From: an uncultured Gemmatimonadaceae bacterium
GTDB taxonomy: Bacteria > Gemmatimonadota > Gemmatimonadetes > Gemmatimonadales > Gemmatimonadaceae
DNA length: 64,000 nucleotides
Direction: 5' to 3'
NCBI GenBank assembly: GCA_963790305.1
Contig: CAWBOC010000009.1
Span: 768,001 to 832,000 of the forward strand
This document shows positions 59,641 through 64,000 of this stretch, piece by piece. Each line of letters opens with the position of its first letter. Within the stretch, counting starts at the first letter, position 1. A program made the position numbers and the translations under genes. The notes below the pieces were generated by a model. That model was not told where the DNA came from. It saw only the letters and a list, made by a program, of their open reading frames with translations, and did no database searches.

Positions 59641-60723
59641 GTGCATTCAATCTCCCTCCCCACCTACGACGTTCTCGTCAAGCACGGCGCTCTCGCCAGC
59701 GTCGCCGACATCGCTCGCGCGGCCACGCGCGCCAATCGTTATGCGGTGATCACCGACAGCAACGTCGTGCGCGGGCACGCTGAGCGCGTCGTCCAGGCGC
59801 TGGGGTCGGTGGGGACGAGGACGTTTACGGTGCCGGCGGGGGAGGCCTCGAAGACTCGGGAGACATGGGCACGGCTCACCGATGAGCTGCTCGAAGCGGG
59901 CTTCGGGCGCGACGCGGCAATCATCGCCGTGGGCGGTGGCGTCATCGGTGACCTGGCAGGGTTCGTCGCCGCGACGTTCATGCGCGGAATCAAGTACGTG
60001 CAGGTGCCGACGTCCTTGATCGCGATGATCGACGCCTCCATCGGCGGCAAGACCGCCGTCGACACGCCGCGCGGGAAGAATCTCGTCGGCGCCTTCCACC
60101 AGCCTGCGGCAGTCCTCGCGGATCCGGCGGTGCTCGGCACGCTCCCGCCCGCGCATTTCCGCGCTGGACTCGCTGAAGCGCTGAAGCACGGCGTGATCGC
60201 CGACGCCATGTACCTCGAGCGAACGATCGCGGACACGCCGATGCTGCTCGAAGCGGCAACGCGCCGGGCCGACGCAACGGAGGCGCTCGTCGCCCGGAGC
60301 ATCGAGATCAAGGCCGAGATCGTGAGGCGGGACGAGCGCGAGCAGGGGCTACGTCAGGTGCTGAACTTCGGACACACGATCGGGCACGCGATCGAGGCGG
60401 CCTCGGGCTACACCCTCCTCCACGGCGAATGCGTCGCCGTTGGCATGGTGTACGAAGCGACCATGGCGGTGAAGATGGGAGTCGCCGGCCCCGGCACCGC
60501 GCGCGATGTGCGGCGCGCGGTAGACCGGGTCGGTCTTCCGACCGCGCTCCCCGCCGGCGTAACGATCGACCGCCTGATCGCCCTCATGCGCGCGGACAAG
60601 AAGGTCCGCTCCGGCGCGCTCCGGTTTGCGCTGCCGCGCGAGATCGGCGCGATGGCGAGCGGCGATGGGACGTGGTCGGTTCCCGTCAATGAATCGGTCG
60701 TTCGGGCGGTGCTGGCGGCCTGA
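59641..60723 (+). CDS. aroB: 3-dehydroquinate synthase
   Basis: GEASK, GGGVIGDLAGF, DASIGGKT, LNFGHTIGHAIE, HGECVAVG, DKK. Confidence 0.95.
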   Translation: MHSISLPTYDVLVKHGALASVADIARAATRANRYAVITDSNVVRGHAERVVQALGSVGTRTFTVPAGEASKTRETWARLTDELLEAGFGRDAAIIAVGGGVIGDLAGFVAATFMRGIKYVQVPTSLIAMIDASIGGKTAVDTPRGKNLVGAFHQPAAVLADPAVLGTLPPAHFRAGLAEALKHGVIADAMYLERTIADTPMLLEAATRRADATEALVARSIEIKAEIVRRDEREQGLRQVLNFGHTIGHAIEAASGYTLLHGECVAVGMVYEATMAVKMGVAGPGTARDVRRAVDRVGLPTALPAGVTIDRLIALMRADKKVRSGALRFALPREIGAMASGDGTWSVPVNESVVRAVLAA

Positions 60724-60817
60724 CGTCTCGATGAACGGTTGGTCCCGGAAGGGGGCACCTAACTTGCCAGAACCCCCTTCGATCGCTCCAACGGAGCGCA
60801 AACCCTCGGAGGCATGA

Positions 60818-60997
60818 ATGTCTTCGTTCTCGACGTACATCATTGGCTTCATCATTCTCATCATTGGTCTGGCGCTGGCGGCCTATCTGCTCAACGTGCC
60901 GGCAATGTGGATCGCCGTGGGAGTGGTGGTCCTGATCGGGATCGGGGTGCTTATGGCCACGAGCAGGACCAAGCCGCGAGATCCGCCGGCTGTGTAA
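60818..60997 (+). CDS. 59-aa two-helix membrane microprotein (below ORF-track cutoff)
   Basis: MSSFSTYIIGFIILIIGLALAAYLLNVPAMWIAVGVVVLIGIGVLMATSRTKPRDPPAV; GGAGG RBS. Confidence 0.75.
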   Translation: MSSFSTYIIGFIILIIGLALAAYLLNVPAMWIAVGVVVLIGIGVLMATSRTKPRDPPAV

Positions 60998-60998
60998 C

Positions 60999-61142
60999 TA
61001 GGGGTCAGGAGTCAGGAGTCAGGGGTCAGGGAAGGAAAGGCGCGGCAGCTTCGCTGCCGCGCTCATCGGATGAGGGCCGCTGGCGCGAAGCGCCGCGGCC
61101 CCTTTCCTTCCCCGACCCCTGACTCCTGACTCCAGACCCCTA
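60999..61142. repeat. Inverted tandem-repeat element, family 4, with branched internal hairpins
   Basis: taggggtcaggagtcaggagtcaggggtcagggaaggaaagg...cctttccttccccgacccctgactcctgactccagacccta-like arm; two GC-rich internal hairpins. Confidence 0.9.
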
Positions 61143-61285
61143 ACCTTTGATCCGCCAGATCCCCGGTTAACAACGCCACAGTTGACCTTTCAATGCCGGC
61201 GCTATTATCCTGCGCGTCCCCGACTGAGCTAGCCTGCACGACGGCCAACCGGCCCACACCATCACCTTCCATGTAAGGGGTGTGT

Positions 61286-62179
61286 ATGCAGCATGTGACG
61301 GAGAGCAGGTCCAAAGGTTACTTCCGTTCCTCTCCCTCCACCGCTTTCGACCAATACCTCCAGGACATTCAAAAGCTTCCTCTCATCGAGGACCCCGAAG
61401 AAGAGCGGCGACTCGCCCGCCGCGCGCAGAAGGGTGACGAGAAAGCCGCCGAGCGGCTCGTCACGGCGAACCTCAGATTCGTCATCTCGTACGTCAAGAA
61501 ATACCAGGGTCACGGCCTCGACCTCTCCGAGCTCGTTGCCATCGGCAACGAAGGACTCCTCAAGGCCGTCAAGAAATTCGATCCCGACCAGGGCGTGAAG
61601 TTCATCTCGTACGCCGTCTGGTGGGTTCGTCAGGCAGTGCTCAAGGCGCTCGCCGAGCAGACCCGATCCGTCCGCATCCCCCTCAATCAGAATTCGCAGC
61701 TCATCAAGCTCGCGCGCGCCGAAACGGTGCTCGCGCAGGTGCTGAAGCGCGATCCGACCGACAATGAGATCGGCCGGCTGATCGAGGAGACGCCCGACCA
61801 GGTGCGGGCTGCGCGCCAAATGTCCGCCACCGAAGTCTCGCTCGACGCTCCCATCGATCGCTCCGACCGCGAAGCCTCGACGCTCGGTGAGCGCTTCGTC
61901 GGCGTCGACGGCCGCGACATCGAGGACGTCACCGACTTCAAGCTGATGCGCGAGTTCATCGACCGCGTCTTCACCAAGTACCTCACCCCTCGCGAGCGGA
62001 AGATCCTCTACCTGTATTACGGGCTCGAGGAAGGCTCCGAGGCAATGACACTCGAAAAGATCGGCGCGCTCATGGGCGTCACGCGCGAGCGGATTCGTCA
62101 GATCCGGGAGCGTGCATTCGAGAAGCTGCGGGAGTCGCCCGACGGCCGGGCGCTGGCTGGATTCTGGAATTTCGCCTGA
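61286..62179 (+). CDS. RNA polymerase sigma factor, RpoD/RpoS-like, lacking region 1.1
   Basis: YLQDI (1.2), ANLRFV, FDPDQGVKFISYAVWW, SVRIP, TLEKIG..GVTRERIRQI. Confidence 0.92.
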   Translation: MQHVTESRSKGYFRSSPSTAFDQYLQDIQKLPLIEDPEEERRLARRAQKGDEKAAERLVTANLRFVISYVKKYQGHGLDLSELVAIGNEGLLKAVKKFDPDQGVKFISYAVWWVRQAVLKALAEQTRSVRIPLNQNSQLIKLARAETVLAQVLKRDPTDNEIGRLIEETPDQVRAARQMSATEVSLDAPIDRSDREASTLGERFVGVDGRDIEDVTDFKLMREFIDRVFTKYLTPRERKILYLYYGLEEGSEAMTLEKIGALMGVTRERIRQIRERAFEKLRESPDGRALAGFWNFA

Positions 62180-62266
62180 CCGGTCGTCAGCCTGACGAGA
62201 GGCGGGGGCTCGGCAATGCCGGGCCCCCGCTCTCGCATTCGGCACTCTCGCGTTATGTTGGGCACC

Positions 62267-62680
62267 GTGAGCTCCGAGCTGAATGCGCCGGCGAAGCCCA
62301 GCGTCCTCGTCATCGATGACGAGTCGACGATTCGCGCCGCGCTCCGCCGCTACTTCAAGCGTCGCGACTGGATCTTCGACGAAGCCGAAGATGGCGCGCG
62401 CGGGCTCGAGAAGATCCTCGCGCCGGGCGGCGACTATACCGCCATCATCTCCGATCTGCGCATGCCGGGCATGTCGGGAATGGCGCTTCACGACGAGCTG
62501 GCGGAGCGACGCCCCGAGCTGCTCGACCGGCTGGTGTTCTCGACCGGCGACGTCACCTCCAAGGACACGGCCGAGTTCGTGCAACGCACGCGATGCATCA
62601 TCCTCGAGAAGCCGTTCGAGTTGAGCAAGCTGGGTGAGACCCTCGAGCGCATACGGACCGCTACACCGCCTCGCCCCTGA
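62267..62680 (+). CDS. Single-domain response regulator
   Basis: LVIDDE, SDLRMPG, TGD, EKPF; start 62267 or 62255. Confidence 0.85.
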   Translation: MSSELNAPAKPSVLVIDDESTIRAALRRYFKRRDWIFDEAEDGARGLEKILAPGGDYTAIISDLRMPGMSGMALHDELAERRPELLDRLVFSTGDVTSKDTAEFVQRTRCIILEKPFELSKLGETLERIRTATPPRP

Positions 62681-63564
62681 CCGCCACCAGTCTTCCGCTG
62701 CTCATCAACGCCTCCGCGCCGCGCGCGCGAGAGGTGACCGAGGCCGTCCACAAGAGCGGGCTCTCGATCGAGGCGCGCGAGCTGCCCGCCGGGGAGCTGG
62801 GGCGCACGATCGAGGAGCTGGCGAAGAACGGCGTTAGGCGCGTGGCCGTCGCTGGGGGAGACGGCACCATTGCGATCGCTGCCGGCCTCGCGTCGAAGCT
62901 CTCCTTCGAGCTCGCCGTGATCCCGGGTGGAACGCTCAACCACCTTGCCACCGACCTCGGCATCCCGGACTCGCTCGAGGAGGCGCTGCGCGTGGCGATC
63001 ACCGGAGATGCACGACCGATCGACGCCGCCACCGTGAATGGCCAGCTCTTTCTGAACACCAGCTCGGTCGGCACGTACGTCACATTCGTCCGCATGCGGG
63101 ACCGCCTCGAGCGCTACCTTGGCTACCGGATTGCGAGCCTCGTGGCGGGCATTCGTCTCCTCCTTCGTCCGCGACTCTTCACCGTCGAGGTCGAGGTCGA
63201 AGGCCAAATGCGATCCGCCGTGACACCCCTCGTGTTCATCGGCGTCGGCGAGCGCGAGCTGAAGCTCCCGACACTCGGCGGCCGCGCGAAAGACGGCCGG
63301 CGTGGATTGCACCTGATGATCGTTCGCGGTCGATCCCCCGCGCGAATAGCGGCGCTGGCCTTCGCCGCGGCGGCACGCGGAACGCGATCTGCCGCGCAGA
63401 GTCCCGCACTCGACGCGTTCGTGGTAAATCGACTGACGATTCGAATGCGCCGCCCCCGAGGAAACGTCGCGACCAATGGCGAGCTTCACGCGATGTCGAG
63501 TCCGCTCGAGTATCGGTGGGTGCCGGGCGCGGTGAAGGTGGTACACCCGAGGTCGTCGAAGTAG
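62677..63564 (+). CDS. Diacylglycerol kinase (DAGKc) family protein; start uncertain
   Basis: LLINAS, AGGDGT, PGGTLNHLA, NGE. Confidence 0.82.
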   Translation: MTATSLPLLINASAPRAREVTEAVHKSGLSIEARELPAGELGRTIEELAKNGVRRVAVAGGDGTIAIAAGLASKLSFELAVIPGGTLNHLATDLGIPDSLEEALRVAITGDARPIDAATVNGQLFLNTSSVGTYVTFVRMRDRLERYLGYRIASLVAGIRLLLRPRLFTVEVEVEGQMRSAVTPLVFIGVGERELKLPTLGGRAKDGRRGLHLMIVRGRSPARIAALAFAAAARGTRSAAQSPALDAFVVNRLTIRMRRPRGNVATNGELHAMSSPLEYRWVPGAVKVVHPRSSK

Positions 63565-63670
63565 TCGAGGTCGTCGAGGTGAGCAAGGGAACGTCGTCGC
63601 CTCGATTACCTCGACGACCTCGACACCCTCGACGACCTCACATTGACCACCTCGAGCACCTCGAGCACCT
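63548..63670. repeat. Inverted tandem-repeat element, family 1
   Basis: gaggtcgtcgaagtagtcgaggtcgtcgagg...cctcgattacctcgacgacctcgacaccctcgacgacctc; contains the upstream stop codon. Confidence 0.87.
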
Positions 63671-63676
63671 TTAGAA

Positions 63677-64000
63677 GTGGCCGCGCGCACACTTCCGATC
63701 TTCCCGCTGCCGCTGGTCCTCTTCCCAGGCGTCACGATCCCGCTGCACATCTTCGAGCCACGGTACCGCCGAATGCTCGCGGATTGTCTCGAGCGTGATC
63801 GGGACTTCGGCATCGTCTTCCTCGCCGAAGGAGCCTCCGAGGAGAGCCTTGGCATCGGCGGCGACGTCGGCTGCGTCGCGCACGTTCTGTCCCACGAAGA
63901 GCTGGCTGACGGGCGATCGAACATCTCCGTCGCGGGCCGGGATCGGTTCACCCTGCGCGCGTTCGTCGCCTCGCCACTGCCCTACCGCGTCGGGATGGTC
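63677..64000 (+). CDS. LON peptidase substrate-binding domain protein, 3'-truncated by window edge
   Basis: LPIFPLPLVLFPG..PLHIFEPRYRRM..DCL...FGIV. Confidence 0.85.
   Translation, partial: MAARTLPIFPLPLVLFPGVTIPLHIFEPRYRRMLADCLERDRDFGIVFLAEGASEESLGIGGDVGCVAHVLSHEELADGRSNISVAGRDRFTLRAFVASPLPYRVGMV

Noticed and set aside
61060..61100. Hammerhead ribozyme (cggatgag...gaa)
   Set aside because: The core reads CGGAUGA, not CUGAUGA, and no GAAA follows the putative stem II.
61286..62179. Calling the sigma factor rpoD or rpoS
   Set aside because: It lacks region 1.1 and cannot be assigned to a specific group without phylogeny.
7034..63670. Repeat elements as CRISPR arrays
   Set aside because: Units are 7-9 nt, tandem and inverted, with no regular repeat-spacer periodicity and no cas genes.

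Overview
GC-rich bacterial chromosomal segment with about 61 protein-coding genes; the gene complement suggests Gemmatimonadota (inference only). I recognised no rRNA, tRNA, CRISPR array, transposase or reverse transcriptase. From left to right the window holds: (1) an abm-type 2-aminobenzoyl/salicylyl-CoA degradation operon; (2) a GcvT-like + two phytoene-dehydrogenase-like + Rieske oxygenase cluster of unknown substrate; (3) an M16 protease and a run of small envelope, metal and hypothetical genes, including a cytochrome c-FTR1 fusion and DUF411; (4) an EamA-HAD-CYTH-M14 carboxypeptidase-acpS-methyltransferase operon; (5) a zinc-finger microprotein/P1 peptidase/NlpC-P60 operon; (6) a tamA-tamB-lipid kinase-hybrid histidine kinase-NtrC-like regulator run; (7) dppA/dppB-like genes, a ferredoxin-NADP reductase, a Ser/Thr kinase, a PduO-type adenosyltransferase, aroB and a sigma70-family factor. 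The most striking signal is non-coding. About 17 intergenic elements are built from short tandem 7- or 9-mers arranged as inverted arms and fall into five sequence families. One of them (19676-20218) encloses a four-helix-bundle (23S rRNA IVP/Avd-like) gene, while same-family copies elsewhere are empty. Six single-base frameshifts interrupt otherwise intact genes, and four can be repaired by the same CATTC to CATC change, which points to a systematic sequencing artefact.
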